DNA of 64,000 bases from an uncultured Verrucomicrobiae bacterium (GCA_963782115.1 CAWAIK010000001.1:320001-384000); one strand, 5' to 3'. Shown: positions 11,556 to 22,568, counted from the stretch's first letter. The notes: generated by a model not told the origin, from the sequence alone. Translations and numbers: made by a program.

Positions 11556-11960
11556 GAGGCGGCGCCGCAGACCCCGAGATGTGGGGGTCTCAAGGTCCAG
11601 TGACATCTGCAAAGGATGTTGGGAACGGACGCCCTGACCGCATCCCACACAGGTGGCGTGGTAAAGTGGTCAGCCGTATGACGTGGGGGACGCACCGGCG
11701 GAATATCTTCAATGAGCTACTCGATCGCATCCTGGTCCTTGAACTGCGTGCCACCGCACTTTGGACAGGAACAGAGTTTGACCTCGAGGGACTCATCGAT
11801 CTGCTCAGGCTAGGCTCTGGCCGACAGGCGCCCGGATGTCCCCGCTTGCGCCCCGGCCGCTTGGGCGCCACGGCGCGTTTTTGGGGGTCGCCACGGAAAG
11901 GAGCGGCTTGGCGGTGCGCGGCGCATTGGGCCTCTTCGAGCGCCGCTTCCAACTGAAGCT
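11556..11960 (-). mobile_element. IS66-family transposase N-terminal remnant
   Basis: RQAAPFR...KRPGRKRGHPG, then C.CPKCGG zinc finger and EDIPP; frameshifts and stops. Confidence 0.75.
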
Positions 11961-12207
11961 GGCAGAGAGGACCTAAACGGCATGTCTAAGTGCCCTGAAC
12001 TGCAGTGATGTACCGCGTACTCCGACATCATCCGATTGGGCCAGAAAAGACTAGAATTGTTGCTCATTCTGAACCAGAATACCGCGATCGAACGATCCGC
12101 TTGATTCAGCCGCGGAGCTTTTTGAGGTGAAGCCTACCGGTCTGATCGCCCGGGCAGAAAAGTTGGGTTTGAAGCGACATGCTTGAAAGAGCGCATACGA
12201 CTGTAAA

Positions 12208-12387
12208 ATGAGCCTATTTTGCCTCAGCCCTAGCCATCAGACAGCGGCAGAGGACGTGCGCGAAAGATTCGCGATTACGGAATCTGCTTTGCCGAGAGCG
12301 TTCGCGCGACTGAAAACGATGCCGGTATTGAGCGAGGGCCTGATCGTCTCGACTCCTAGCCGCTGCCGAAGCTTCCGGTATGAATGA
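12208..12387 (+). pseudogene. hemA: Glutamyl-tRNA reductase N-terminal fragment
   Basis: Manual translation MSLFCLSPSHQTAAEDVRERFAI...EGLIVST; breaks off just before the catalytic CNR. Confidence 0.7.
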
Positions 12388-12405
12388 CCTGCTGCTGACA
12401 CTAAA

Positions 12406-13815
12406 ATGACCTATGCACGCTTGACTAACTCGACCGCCAGAGAAAGCTGCCGCCTCCTGCGCATCAATTCAGGCGACTCCGGCGGCGCCAACGCAATTCT
12501 GCCTGGACTCACGGCTGCCAGTGTACAACATTACTCAACCAGTCGTAAGCGCCGCCCGCAATCTCGGAACGGCGCTTTGAACCTGGATGGATGGAGCCGA
12601 ATTGCTCATTCTGGCGGCTATTTATTGTCCTTCACCATCAACTGGTCGCTGCCTTTGTTGGCTCTTTGTCTGATCCCCGCGCGGCTGTTGGCTTGGACTA
12701 ATGGCGAGCTTTCAATCTGGCTCGACCCCGACCGCGGGCATGCCCTCGCGCCGATTATACAGAAATTCGAAAACGATTCAGGGATCAAGATCACGTTACA
12801 GTCGCCCGAAAATAGAACTGATGATTTCGCGATGGCCGTGCAAGTGGGCAAGGGCCCGGACATCGTCGTTTGGGCACACGATATAGTCGGGGAATGGGCG
12901 GATGCAGGTATAATTGCGCCGATTGAGGTCTCGCAAGAATTGCGCAATAGGTTCCTCTCGAAAGCGTGGGAAGCTGTGGTTCACCGGAATTTGATTTGGG
13001 GGTATCCGATCGCTTTGGAAACGGTATCTTTGATTTATAACAAAACACTTCTCGATGGTCCTCCGCCGGCACAGCTTTCCGAACTGGTAGCCCTGGACGC
13101 GAAAATCAGGAAGAAGCACTCCGAGGCGACAGCCATCCTTTGGGACTACAACAGTCCCTACTATTCATGGGGGATTCTGGCGAGTGCGGGGGGCTACGTT
13201 TTTGGGAAGAAGGGAAGAGATTATGACCCGCAGGATGTCGGCGTGGCAACTCCTGGAGCGATCGACGGGCTTTCAGAAATAGTCAGCCTGATCCGAGCGG
13301 GTGTCCTGCCGAAAAGTGTCACCTACAGCACGGTGGAAGAACTGATGGCACGAGGCAAGCTTGCCACGATGATCTCTGGCCCGTGGGCCTGGCCCAACCT
13401 GATAAAGAGCGGAATCGACTTTGGGCTGGCACCGATTCCGGGGGTGGACGGCCATCCCGGTCGCCCCTTTGTCGGGGTGTCCGTCGCTTATCTCAACCGT
13501 TCGAGCCCGAACCAGGATCTGGCCAGAGAATTCCTGGAGCACTACATGCTTACCGAAGAGGGACTAACCGCGATGGACCACGGAAAGCCGCTTGGGATTC
13601 CGGCCCTGATCTCGCTGGAAGAAACGATGGTCAAAAATGACCCGCTATTACATCAGTTTAACGTTTGTGTGGATGGCGGCGAGGTAATGCCAAACATCCC
13701 GCAGATGGGCCGTTTCTTTAGTTCCGTTGGTGCGGCGTTGCAGATAGCGACCAACGGCCAGGCTTCTCCGGAGGCAGCCTTGAAGGAAGCCGCGGCAAGC
13801 ATGCGCCACTTGTGA
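12406..13815 (+). CDS. malE: Maltose/maltodextrin ABC substrate-binding protein
   Basis: GKGPDIVVWAHD, YPIALETVSLIYNK, ISGPWAW.N, PFVGV, GEVMPNIPQMGRF; true start probably near 12590-12650. Confidence 0.9.
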   Translation: MTYARLTNSTARESCRLLRINSGDSGGANAILPGLTAASVQHYSTSRKRRPQSRNGALNLDGWSRIAHSGGYLLSFTINWSLPLLALCLIPARLLAWTNGELSIWLDPDRGHALAPIIQKFENDSGIKITLQSPENRTDDFAMAVQVGKGPDIVVWAHDIVGEWADAGIIAPIEVSQELRNRFLSKAWEAVVHRNLIWGYPIALETVSLIYNKTLLDGPPPAQLSELVALDAKIRKKHSEATAILWDYNSPYYSWGILASAGGYVFGKKGRDYDPQDVGVATPGAIDGLSEIVSLIRAGVLPKSVTYSTVEELMARGKLATMISGPWAWPNLIKSGIDFGLAPIPGVDGHPGRPFVGVSVAYLNRSSPNQDLAREFLEHYMLTEEGLTAMDHGKPLGIPALISLEETMVKNDPLLHQFNVCVDGGEVMPNIPQMGRFFSSVGAALQIATNGQASPEAALKEAAASMRHL

Positions 13816-13889
13816 GGATCCGTGGGGTATGAAAGTTGTCATAACGGGTGAATGGGGCGCTGTACACAACATCTAAGGAGGTGGTTCAG

Positions 13890-14843
13890 ATGATCAGAAA
13901 ACTCATTATTTCTTGCTTTGTAGTGTTCATAGCCAGTTTTTCTTTCGCTGCACAAAAAGAGGTGTATTACATCGTAGCACATGGTGGGATAACAAATCCC
14001 TTCTGGCAGCGAACTCTTAAAGGCGCAGAGGACGCTGGCAAAGAACTTGGCGTAGAGGTCCATTTCCTCGCACCACAGCAGTACGACATCAAAGAGATGG
14101 TGGATATGCTAGATACGGTGATTGCCAGTAAGCCAACCGGGATTGCGTCGACTCTTTCGATCCCCGAGATGACGGACGAACCGCTTCGTACCGCAGCTAA
14201 GAATGGTATCCCGGTAGTGCTTCTAGACGCCAACGACGACAGACCGAATCCCATTCCCCATATTGCGTTCGTGGGTTGGAATGCATATGGAATCGGTACA
14301 CTATCGGCCAACAAGATCATTGACGAATTGGGCATGAAGCCGAAGCACGTCCTTATCGGGTTGCACGAGGCTGGTAACATAGCTTTGGAAGCACGAGCGC
14401 AAGGAATGGTTGACGTTTTTACAAAGCGACTCGGCCCAAGTGTGAAGATCGACAAGCTTCTGACCACTGTTGACATGGCGAAGGCAATGTCGGCATATGA
14501 CAGTTTCCTGACCTCGCATTCGGACGTGGATCTGATCTTCGCAGCAGGCTCAGCAAGCGGTGACCCGGCGATCAAGTTCCTTGAAGAGAAGAATCTTCAG
14601 GGCAAGATCACCCTCGTTACAGCTGATCTCTCAGAGCAAATCATGGGAGGAATTGAGCGCGGCACTGTGGCGTTCACCTCTGACTGTCAACAGTATTTGT
14701 GGGGATATTTGCCTGTCATCTACCTGCATCTATATCACAAATACGGCATCCGACCTATATCCCCTACATTTACTGGACCGTCAATTATCGACAAGTCCAA
14801 TCTCGAGGCTGTCAAGGCTCTAGTTTCCGAAGGCATCAGATAG
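13890..14843 (+). CDS. Sugar ABC transporter substrate-binding protein (RbsB-like)
   Basis: AAGGAGG RBS, signal peptide, HGG..NPFW, QQYLWGY.PV. Confidence 0.9.
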   Translation: MIRKLIISCFVVFIASFSFAAQKEVYYIVAHGGITNPFWQRTLKGAEDAGKELGVEVHFLAPQQYDIKEMVDMLDTVIASKPTGIASTLSIPEMTDEPLRTAAKNGIPVVLLDANDDRPNPIPHIAFVGWNAYGIGTLSANKIIDELGMKPKHVLIGLHEAGNIALEARAQGMVDVFTKRLGPSVKIDKLLTTVDMAKAMSAYDSFLTSHSDVDLIFAAGSASGDPAIKFLEEKNLQGKITLVTADLSEQIMGGIERGTVAFTSDCQQYLWGYLPVIYLHLYHKYGIRPISPTFTGPSIIDKSNLEAVKALVSEGIR

Positions 14844-14877
14844 AGGAAAGAAGTCTCGGAAAGGGGGAGAACGGCCC

Positions 14878-15972
14878 GTGAAGGTGTTCTCCCGCGCCGT
14901 CGCGGCGGCGTTTGGGGAGGTTGCCTTGAGCAAGAGAGAAAGCACTATGGAGCGATTTCAGATCCGCCAAAAGGGTGGTTCAACCTTGTCTCAGCGTAGA
15001 AAAGCGCCGCTTGTCATGAGGATGATGAGATATTCGCTAACGCCGCCTGCACTTGGTTTTATCGTTGTTTTCATGTTCTTTGCGATAGCGGCACCAAGCT
15101 TGTTCCTGACGGCGTCCAATCTCGCAGTTGTGCTGACCACTTCGACCGACGTCGGAATAGTGGTAGTCGGCGTCGGAATGCTCATGATAGCCGGAGAATT
15201 CGACCTCTCGGTTGGCTCGGTCTTCGGTATGTCCTCCGTCTTGTTTGCCTTACTCTCAAACCAGGGCATAAATCCTTTCCTGAGTTTGCTTCTAGTACTG
15301 ATTATTGCGCTTTTGGTCGGCGCCTTGAACGGTGTCATAACCATAAAAGGCAAAATACCATCGTTTATTACAACGCTCGGGATGATGATGTTCATCCGCG
15401 GTTTATTGTTACTTCGCACCGGCGGCTGGGACGTAATCTACAAGTCCAGTGACAAACTGCTGCTGTCTATTCTCGGCGGCAAAATAGGTGATTCTGGACT
15501 TCGCTGGAGTATTGCATGGTTTCTCGCTTTGACAATTCTTCTATTTATTGTTGTAGAGCACACGCAATATGGCAATCACATACTAGCATCAGGCGGGAAT
15601 AGTTCGGTGGCCCGTCACGTAGGAGTTAACGCTGATCGTATCAAGATCAGTGCGTTTTTGATTTCCGCGCTATTAGCTGGGTTTGGCGGTTGCGTTCACA
15701 TGGCTCGGTTTACCGCGGCGGATTCGACTCTCGGAACGGGAATGGAACTGGAAACGATCACGGCTTGTGTAATTGGAGGCATATCACTTCTCGGTGGTTA
15801 CGGGAATATGTTGGGCGCTTTTGTCGGCGCAATCCTTATTAGCATGATTCAGTCTGGACTCATCCTTATCGGCGTTCCTGGATACTTCTATATCGGGGTT
15901 TTAGGTTTCGTGCTCGTGGTCACTGCTTTCATTAACAACTACTTCGCGAGGCGAATTAGAGTGATGAGATAG
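14878..15972 (+). CDS. Sugar ABC transporter permease (RbsC-like)
   Basis: GEFDLSVGS, IPSFITTLG, GMELETITACVIGG; start may be 14947. Confidence 0.92.
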   Translation: MKVFSRAVAAAFGEVALSKRESTMERFQIRQKGGSTLSQRRKAPLVMRMMRYSLTPPALGFIVVFMFFAIAAPSLFLTASNLAVVLTTSTDVGIVVVGVGMLMIAGEFDLSVGSVFGMSSVLFALLSNQGINPFLSLLLVLIIALLVGALNGVITIKGKIPSFITTLGMMMFIRGLLLLRTGGWDVIYKSSDKLLLSILGGKIGDSGLRWSIAWFLALTILLFIVVEHTQYGNHILASGGNSSVARHVGVNADRIKISAFLISALLAGFGGCVHMARFTAADSTLGTGMELETITACVIGGISLLGGYGNMLGAFVGAILISMIQSGLILIGVPGYFYIGVLGFVLVVTAFINNYFARRIRVMR

Positions 15973-15976
15973 GGCT

Positions 15977-16762
15977 ATGGAAGCGACGAGGCCAGCGATG
16001 GGGGCGGAAGGAACGGCAGTGCTTCGACTGAGAGGGGTGACAAAATATTTCGGAGGCATTTCGGCGCTTGATGGAATAGATTTTGAAGTAAAGCGCGGTG
16101 AAATAGTAGGGCTCATCGGAGATAACGGCGCCGGCAAATCGACTTTGGTCAAAATTATCATGGGCGTACACAAACCGGACGCCGGGGAAATGTACTTTAA
16201 TGGCGAGAAAGTTCTATTCCACTCACCGATCGATGCTCGGAAAGCCGGCATCGAGGTGGTTTATCAGGATCTTGCTTTGATAGATCTTATGAGTACCTAT
16301 CGTAATTTCTATTTGGGAAGGGAACCGAAACGTTGGCGAGGACCGCTGCGCCTGCTCGATTTCCCAAAAATGAAAGAAGTAACGGAGAGATCCCTGGCTT
16401 CGGTGGGCATTCGCCTTCGAGATCTTGACCAACCAGTGTCCGTTCTTTCAGGAGGTGAAAGACAATCGTTGGCGATTAGTCGAGCATTCTTTTTTGGAGC
16501 ACACCTTATGCTCATGGATGAGCCTGTTGCGGCGCTCTCCGTTAAAGAGACAAACAAAGTTATGGGATCGATTCGAGCGATCGCATCTCAAGGCGGTTCT
16601 GTTGTGATAGTCGCCCACAACATCTATCAAATCCACCCCATTGTCGATCGATTCTATGTACTTTCGCGCGGCAGAGAGCTCGGGCAATTTAAGCAAGGAG
16701 AGGTCACTCCAGAGGAGATTATTGAGATCTTGGTTGGGGACCATAATTGTGAAGAGACTTGA
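15977..16762 (+). CDS. Sugar ABC transporter ATP-binding protein
   Basis: Walker A GDNGAGKST, LSGGERQ, Walker B MDEP. Confidence 0.95.
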   Translation: MEATRPAMGAEGTAVLRLRGVTKYFGGISALDGIDFEVKRGEIVGLIGDNGAGKSTLVKIIMGVHKPDAGEMYFNGEKVLFHSPIDARKAGIEVVYQDLALIDLMSTYRNFYLGREPKRWRGPLRLLDFPKMKEVTERSLASVGIRLRDLDQPVSVLSGGERQSLAISRAFFFGAHLMLMDEPVAALSVKETNKVMGSIRAIASQGGSVVIVAHNIYQIHPIVDRFYVLSRGRELGQFKQGEVTPEEIIEILVGDHNCEET

Positions 16763-17305
16763 GGCGAGTTTTACCTAACAGAGAGCTATAACCGAATTTT
16801 GTGGATGCGCGGCTTCCACGGCAGCTGCCAAGAGCCTGATGATCGATCGGACCGCGAAAAAATCTGTGCACTTGAAATGCGTGCGCCCGCCGAGTCGGCG
16901 CCATTTTTGCGGATGACTCATTTTGCATCTTTCGATGCCGTCCGACCGGAGGTGGGGGTCCGATATCTGCAATGCTTGCGGAAATACCCAGGTCATCCGC
17001 CGGGCGCTCTGACGCGACTCGTGGTCGAGCGTCGGAGGGCAGATCTTCCTAGGATTGCGTTGAACGCTTTGACGCCGCTTGCCCCGTTCAGGTGCGCGGC
17101 AACCAGTGCTCTCGTCATGGTGTCTGCAGGTTATGACTGCAAAATAGGGGACGCGAAAAAGCCTGACGCGAGGAGCTACGCTTATAACAGGAGCAGGAAA
17201 TGCAACCAGACTCTTTTGACGAGACTTTCCAGCATCGTTTCTCCCGTGTGGCTGTTTCCGCCGGTATTGTCTTCCTCGAAAAGTAAGCGGGGGTTTCGGG
17301 CTTAG

Positions 17306-17548
17306 TCAGCTGGTGTACCCCTCGACAGTCTTCTCGTCTCGGACTTGGGCTGCATCAGGGTCGAGTCCGGCTGCCCGCCGAGCTCCCCGCTGGCGGAGCA
17401 GATCCCAGCACTGGTCCAGCATGATCTGGAGACGTTGGAGCCGTTCGCGGTCGGCGTCCGTCGCGGTGCCGTGCGACTCCCTCGCAAACAATTCATGCTC
17501 CTCGCGTGCAAGCTCATTGATGTTCTCAATTACCATCTTGTCATCCAC
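17306..17548 (-). CDS. DUF2630-family small protein
   Basis: LDQCWDLLRQR.ARR.AG.DPD.A.VR....VEGY; GGAGA RBS. Confidence 0.85.
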   Translation of the reverse strand: MDDKMVIENINELAREEHELFARESHGTATDADRERLQRLQIMLDQCWDLLRQRGARRAAGLDPDAAQVRDEKTVEGYTS

Positions 17549-17859
17549 GGTGTCTCTCCTTTGTCAATTCCTGGCTCACTCTTTAACCTCTGCATGGTAT
17601 TTAAAGTGTCGACGGATTGCAAGCCGGAGAACTCAACGGCGAAATATGGAAAACGGTCAAGGTTCGTGATTGTCCTGATAAAGTTCGTACCAGAAAGCTC
17701 GTCACAGAACATACTTTCCGTGGCGAATCCAACAGCCAAATTGCCATCGGCATGAGGGTAAGCGCCCAAATGACGCTCGAACTCGTACCAGAAAGTGAAC
17801 CGTGCCAAATGCGGATTCCCCAGCGCGCTGCTAAAAGAGTGCTTGCCTCGCGAACCGAC

Positions 17860-18010
17860 CACGGTGAATGCCTACGTATGTGGTGTTTAGCGCGATGTCT
17901 CAGCAGCTCAAAAGCCTTTTGCCTTACATCGCGCGCTACGAAAAACAGATCGCCGAACTCTTCCATGCTCATCCGCATAGTTTCCTGTTTCGGGATTTAC
18001 TGGGCCTTTG
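17860..18010 (+). mobile_element. IS110-family transposase remnant
   Basis: LPYIARYEKQIAELFHAHPHSFLFRDLLG resembles the IS110 linker before the helix-hairpin-helix; heavily degraded. Confidence 0.5.
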
Positions 18011-18070
18011 GCACTGATCGGGGGCTTAGATGGGGCTCCGGGACGTAGGCCGTTTCTATCGAAGGGATTG

Positions 18071-18182
18071 TCTTTGTGACCTTTGTGATCTTCTGTGCAA
18101 ATGATTTTCTTCGTCCCCCGGCACTAAGACAGAAAAAAAGCAAAAGTCATTTTTGAACAGAAGATCGCAAAGATCACAAAGA
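18071..18182. repeat. REP/MITE-like inverted repeat with ~38-bp arms
   Basis: TCTTTGTGACCTTTGTGATCTTCTGT ... ACAGAAGATCGCAAAGATCACAAAGA. Confidence 0.75.
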
Positions 18183-18997
18183 GTCACTGTCTTTAAGAGC
18201 CAGCGCAGGCACGTGGGCCTGCATTGTCTAAATCTCGATCAGCAACGAATGAAACGCCCCTTAATCCCCACTCGTCCTCTTGTTCTGAAATCGTAATCGT
18301 CGTCGTTCTCGACTTCTATGGACGGGGGAAACGCGCCGATTGCCGACAACGTTCAAAGATCGAGACATCTGAGGTGAGCCTTTCGAGAATTGCTCCTTCA
18401 ACGACCGCGCCGGCATCGGCGTCAAATCATCGCTAATAAGCCCTCTCCTCGCTGCTTCTGTGCTTTTGCTAATGATTCTCCTCACCTGTTTTAGAAAGCG
18501 GGTTCGTGGGATGAGCCGCATGGGGATTGCAGGATTCCGCCGTCCATCCAGCCTTGGCCGCTCTATCCGGCATCTCCGGCCTTCGGCCGGGAGGAACGTC
18601 AAACTCGCAACTTTATTTCCCTCGCTTCGCAACGATTAACAAATGCAGTTGGACCAGGTCGTTCACTAGGTGTTTGCCGAGAGTGCAAAAAATTTTCCGG
18701 AGGCGTACTGGACGTCCCAGCGAGTTCGATCCAATTCCAGATAGCCCTGGGCGGCGATCGTTTCGGCCTCAGTCTGGCCTATAACCGCGGAAAAAGTGAC
18801 TTGGTCAGTCGACGGCTTCGCGAACCCCTGGCGCGCTGCAGTACTCTCGCCTCGCTTTCTTCTTGTCATCGGCGTCGTTATCGTTCTTGATCTTTTGGCT
18901 TTCTGTTGTTTGAACCCACGTCCGCTTTAATGCGGCAAATCGAATTTGTACGGAGAACGCGGTGGGCGTCGACGAGTGGATTGCTAGAGAAAATCGT

Positions 18998-20818
18998 ATG
19001 TCCAGAGAATATCAGCCGATCGAGAACTATGGGATTATCGGGAACTTGCAGACGGTTGCCCTCGTTGGGATAGACGGGTCGATTGACTTTCTTTGTTTCC
19101 CCTATTTCGACTCGCCTTCGATTTTTGCGAGTTTGCTAGATGCGGAACGCGGAGGATGTTTTAGCTTGTCGCCCGTTTTACAGAATCAACGTCCGAGACA
19201 GATTTATCTTGTAAATTCGAACATTCTTTTGACTCGGTTCCTTTCCCCTGACGGAGTGGCGGAAGTCAGTGACTATATGCCAATCTCGCTGGAGTCGCGG
19301 GAAGATCGCTACGACCGGATTCATCAGCTAATCCGTCGAGCGAAGTGTGTCCGAGGGGAGGTCAAGTTTCAAATGATCTGTGATCCGCAGTTCGACTATG
19401 GCCGCGCCAATCATGAGGTGAAGCTTCTTTCCGAACAGGCAGGGGTCTTTATTCCGGGAGGGCGCGAAGTGGCGGTTAAAGCGATTCGACTTCGAGCCCA
19501 GACGCCATTGGTCGTATCTGAAGGACGGTTGCAATCGGAATTTGTTTTGCGTTCGGGAGAAAGTGTCTTTTTCATCCTCGATGGTGATGAGAATGGGCCA
19601 CACGCGATTGATCGGGTTCGCCAAGCCTTCGAATTCAAGGCTACCCTCAATTTTTGGCAGTCTTGGGTTGGCAAATCGAACTACCGAGGACGGTGGCGCG
19701 AGACCGTCGATCGTTCTGCGTTGGTGTTGAAACTCCTGACGAGTCAGCGCCACGGATCGATCGTAGCAGCGCCGACTTTTGGTTTGCCAGAAGAGATAGG
19801 TGGTGCACGGAACTGGGACTATCGTTACACTTGGATTCGCGACGCTAGTTTTACATTGTACGCTCTGAGCCGGCTCGGTTTTCTATCGGAGTCAAAGGCG
19901 TTCATACGTTGGTTGGCTGCTCGTTGCAAAGAACTGGGTCCTGACGAAGCCCTCCAGATTATGTATGGAATTGATGGGTGCCGCGATCTCACTGAATTCG
20001 TGCTCCCCCACTGGGAAGGCTATCGTAAAAGTTATCCGGTAAGGATAGGTAACGGTGCGCAAAATCAATTGCAGCTCGATATTTACGGCGAACTGATGGA
20101 TTCAATCTATCTATTCGACAAGTACGGCGAACCAATCGGTTACGAGCTGTGGCTGCAGCTCGTGCGCTTAATTGATTGGGTTTGCCAAAACTGGAACAAA
20201 GCGGATGAAGGAATCTGGGAAGTGAGAGGAGGTCGGCAGCCGCTATTTTACAGCCGACTAATGTGCTGGGTCGCGATTGATCGAGGGTTGCGTCTAGCCG
20301 CGAAGCGGAGTTTACCGGCTGTGGAAGGTTGGATAAAAGTGCGTGACGAAATTTACCGTCAGATCCATACAGAATTCTGGAACGAGGAATTGCAAAGCTT
20401 TGTGCAAACTAAGGGCGGCAGCACGTTGGACGCCGCATGTTTGTTGGCGCCATTGGTGAGATTCATTAGTCCGACGGATCCGCGATGGTTGTCGACACTG
20501 AGGTCGATAGAGCAAAAACTGGTGGATGATTCGTTGGTCTATCGATACAGGACCGAAGATGGGTTAACCGGAAGCGAAGGAACATTTTGTATGTGTTCTT
20601 TCTGGTACGTCGAGTGTGTGGCGAAGAGCGGCGACATCGACAAGGCGCGATTTCTTTTTGAGAAGATGCTGGGCTATGCGAATCATCTAGGACTGTATCC
20701 GGAAGAGCTAGGCCCATCGGGCGAGCATCTAGGCAACTTCCCGCAGGCGTTTACCCACATGGCGCTAATCAGCGCGGCCTTCGAATTGAACCGCAAGCTG
20801 GGCGAGAAAGGCAGTTAG
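18998..20818 (+). CDS. Glycoside hydrolase family 15 (trehalase/glucoamylase-like)
   Basis: PIENYGIIGN, LPEEIGGARNWDYRYTWIRD, QLQLDIYGE, DEGIWEVR, LGNFPQAFTH. Confidence 0.95.
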   Translation: MSREYQPIENYGIIGNLQTVALVGIDGSIDFLCFPYFDSPSIFASLLDAERGGCFSLSPVLQNQRPRQIYLVNSNILLTRFLSPDGVAEVSDYMPISLESREDRYDRIHQLIRRAKCVRGEVKFQMICDPQFDYGRANHEVKLLSEQAGVFIPGGREVAVKAIRLRAQTPLVVSEGRLQSEFVLRSGESVFFILDGDENGPHAIDRVRQAFEFKATLNFWQSWVGKSNYRGRWRETVDRSALVLKLLTSQRHGSIVAAPTFGLPEEIGGARNWDYRYTWIRDASFTLYALSRLGFLSESKAFIRWLAARCKELGPDEALQIMYGIDGCRDLTEFVLPHWEGYRKSYPVRIGNGAQNQLQLDIYGELMDSIYLFDKYGEPIGYELWLQLVRLIDWVCQNWNKADEGIWEVRGGRQPLFYSRLMCWVAIDRGLRLAAKRSLPAVEGWIKVRDEIYRQIHTEFWNEELQSFVQTKGGSTLDAACLLAPLVRFISPTDPRWLSTLRSIEQKLVDDSLVYRYRTEDGLTGSEGTFCMCSFWYVECVAKSGDIDKARFLFEKMLGYANHLGLYPEELGPSGEHLGNFPQAFTHMALISAAFELNRKLGEKGS

Positions 20819-21353
20819 CATTGTACATATGGCAACGAGCCCTCTTGTTCTGCCAACGAATAGCGAGACCGAACGGTATCACGTACAGATTTCGTCTTTC
20901 CGACAATGCTGATCGACACTGCCAATTAGCAATCGTCCAATCTCCGCCGGCAAAGGTCGACTCCAGAACGATATTGCGGCCAAAAGAAAATGTTCTTCAA
21001 ACATCCTGATCGAAGTAGAGGATTTACTCGATAAACAGAAGCTAAAGCGTTGTCTGGAGGGTGTCGGAATCCGAACTCGCCATATCGAGTAAGCTGCCGG
21101 ATTGGTGCTTCGTACCGAGGTCCTAACGCAGTGTAGCACGTGTTCCGCACGATCTGCAGGAACCAGGTGCGGCAGGTTGTTCCCTCGTGGAAGCTCGCGA
21201 AAAAACGATGTGCATACCGGCATTCGATAACATTTATTCCACTCCCTTTTTCTTGGCGCTGCGATTGGGAATAATTCCTGACCGCAATCGGTATGGACCT
21301 GATGACGGGTATGCTCCGGCACGCCCAATCCACCAATCAAAGTACAAAACACT

Positions 21354-22307
21354 ATGTCAGACTTTATCAAAACTAATTCCAATGAGGACGGTATTGATCG
21401 TCGAGGATTCCTCAAATGTATGGCCTGGGCTGGCACCGGCGTCATTTGGTCCATCAACGGGGGACTTCTGACTTCCACGGTCTTAGGCCAGGAAGCAAAC
21501 AACCGGAGTGCAATCGCGACGGCAGAACTGAACTTTGTTCAGATCAGCGACAGTCACATCGGCTTTAATAAAGCGGCCAACACGGACGTTGTTGGAACGT
21601 TTCGGGAGACGATTATGCGCGTTAACGCGTTACCGAAGGTCCCTGAGTTCCTGTTGCACACAGGGGATCTGACACATCTTTCTGATCCGGCTCAGTTCGA
21701 CACGCTCGATCAATTGCTGAAAGAATGCAAAACTAAGGATGTATTCTACGTGCCGGGCGAGCACGATATCTATGATGGCGGCGCGCAATTTCGGGAGCGA
21801 TTCGGTAAAAATACCATCGGGGCCGGATGGTACAGCTTCGACCAGAAAGGTGTCCACTTCATCGGGTTGGTCAATGTGGCAAATATCAAGGAGGGCGGCC
21901 TGGGTACTCTGGGACAGGAACAGCTCGACTGGCTTGAAAAAGACGTTAAAAGCCTGTCGGCCAGTACTCCCATCGTTCTGTTCGCGCATATCCCGTTATG
22001 GGCCGTCTATCCGCAATGGGGTTGGGGAACTGACGATGCCGAGAAAGCCCTCTCGCTTGTGAAGCGATTCGGATCGGTGACCGTTTTAAACGGCCACATT
22101 CACCAGGTCATGCAGAAGGTGGAGGGGAACATTACTTTCCATACTGCCAGGGGTACAGCCTTCCCCTTACCAACACCGGGTTCGGCGCCCAAACCGCTTC
22201 CAGTGGTCGTCGAAGCCGCTCAACTTAAGAAAATGCTCGGATTGACCAGCGTGAACTATACCGAGACAAACCATAGCTTGGCCGTGGTGGATTCGACACT
22301 CGGGTAA
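21354..22307 (+). CDS. Tat-exported calcineurin-like metallophosphoesterase
   Basis: DRRGFLK Tat motif; DSH, GD, PGEHD and GHIH metal motifs. Confidence 0.9.
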   Translation: MSDFIKTNSNEDGIDRRGFLKCMAWAGTGVIWSINGGLLTSTVLGQEANNRSAIATAELNFVQISDSHIGFNKAANTDVVGTFRETIMRVNALPKVPEFLLHTGDLTHLSDPAQFDTLDQLLKECKTKDVFYVPGEHDIYDGGAQFRERFGKNTIGAGWYSFDQKGVHFIGLVNVANIKEGGLGTLGQEQLDWLEKDVKSLSASTPIVLFAHIPLWAVYPQWGWGTDDAEKALSLVKRFGSVTVLNGHIHQVMQKVEGNITFHTARGTAFPLPTPGSAPKPLPVVVEAAQLKKMLGLTSVNYTETNHSLAVVDSTLG

Positions 22308-22412
22308 GCAGCGGAAGAGATTTCAATGATACCCTGGGATAAGTTCACGGCGCAACGACCCATTTCCCAATAAGCGAGGCTCCGTACCAGCCCGGGGGTG
22401 ACGCTTGCTCCC

Positions 22413-22460
22413 CGGCTCAGGCGGAGCTTCGCCCTACCGTGAGCTTCGCACTCCTACCGG
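22413..22460. repeat. REP-like element
   Basis: GGCTCAGGCGGAGCTTCGCCCTACC followed by partial copy GAGCTTCGCACTCCTACC; ends read GGTAG on the minus strand. Confidence 0.45.
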
Positions 22461-22568
22461 TTTCTTCTCTTCGAGGCTTTCGAGTCAGCCGTAAATCCGC
22501 GGAATAATTGAATAATTGAATAATTAGTTATAAGTTACTTTTAATTAGGGATTTATATACTTACTAGT

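Noticed and set aside
16790..17300. Possible IS end or nuclease relic
   Set aside because: Only a vague resemblance; no translatable motif or terminal repeat could be confirmed
17743..17752. GCCATCGGCA matching the tRNA-Leu 3' end as an att site
   Set aside because: Only 10 bp, upstream of the tRNA and inside degraded sequence; chance is plausible
20879..21502. 207-aa minus-strand ORF
   Set aside because: Overlaps the phosphoesterase start in antisense and has no family signal
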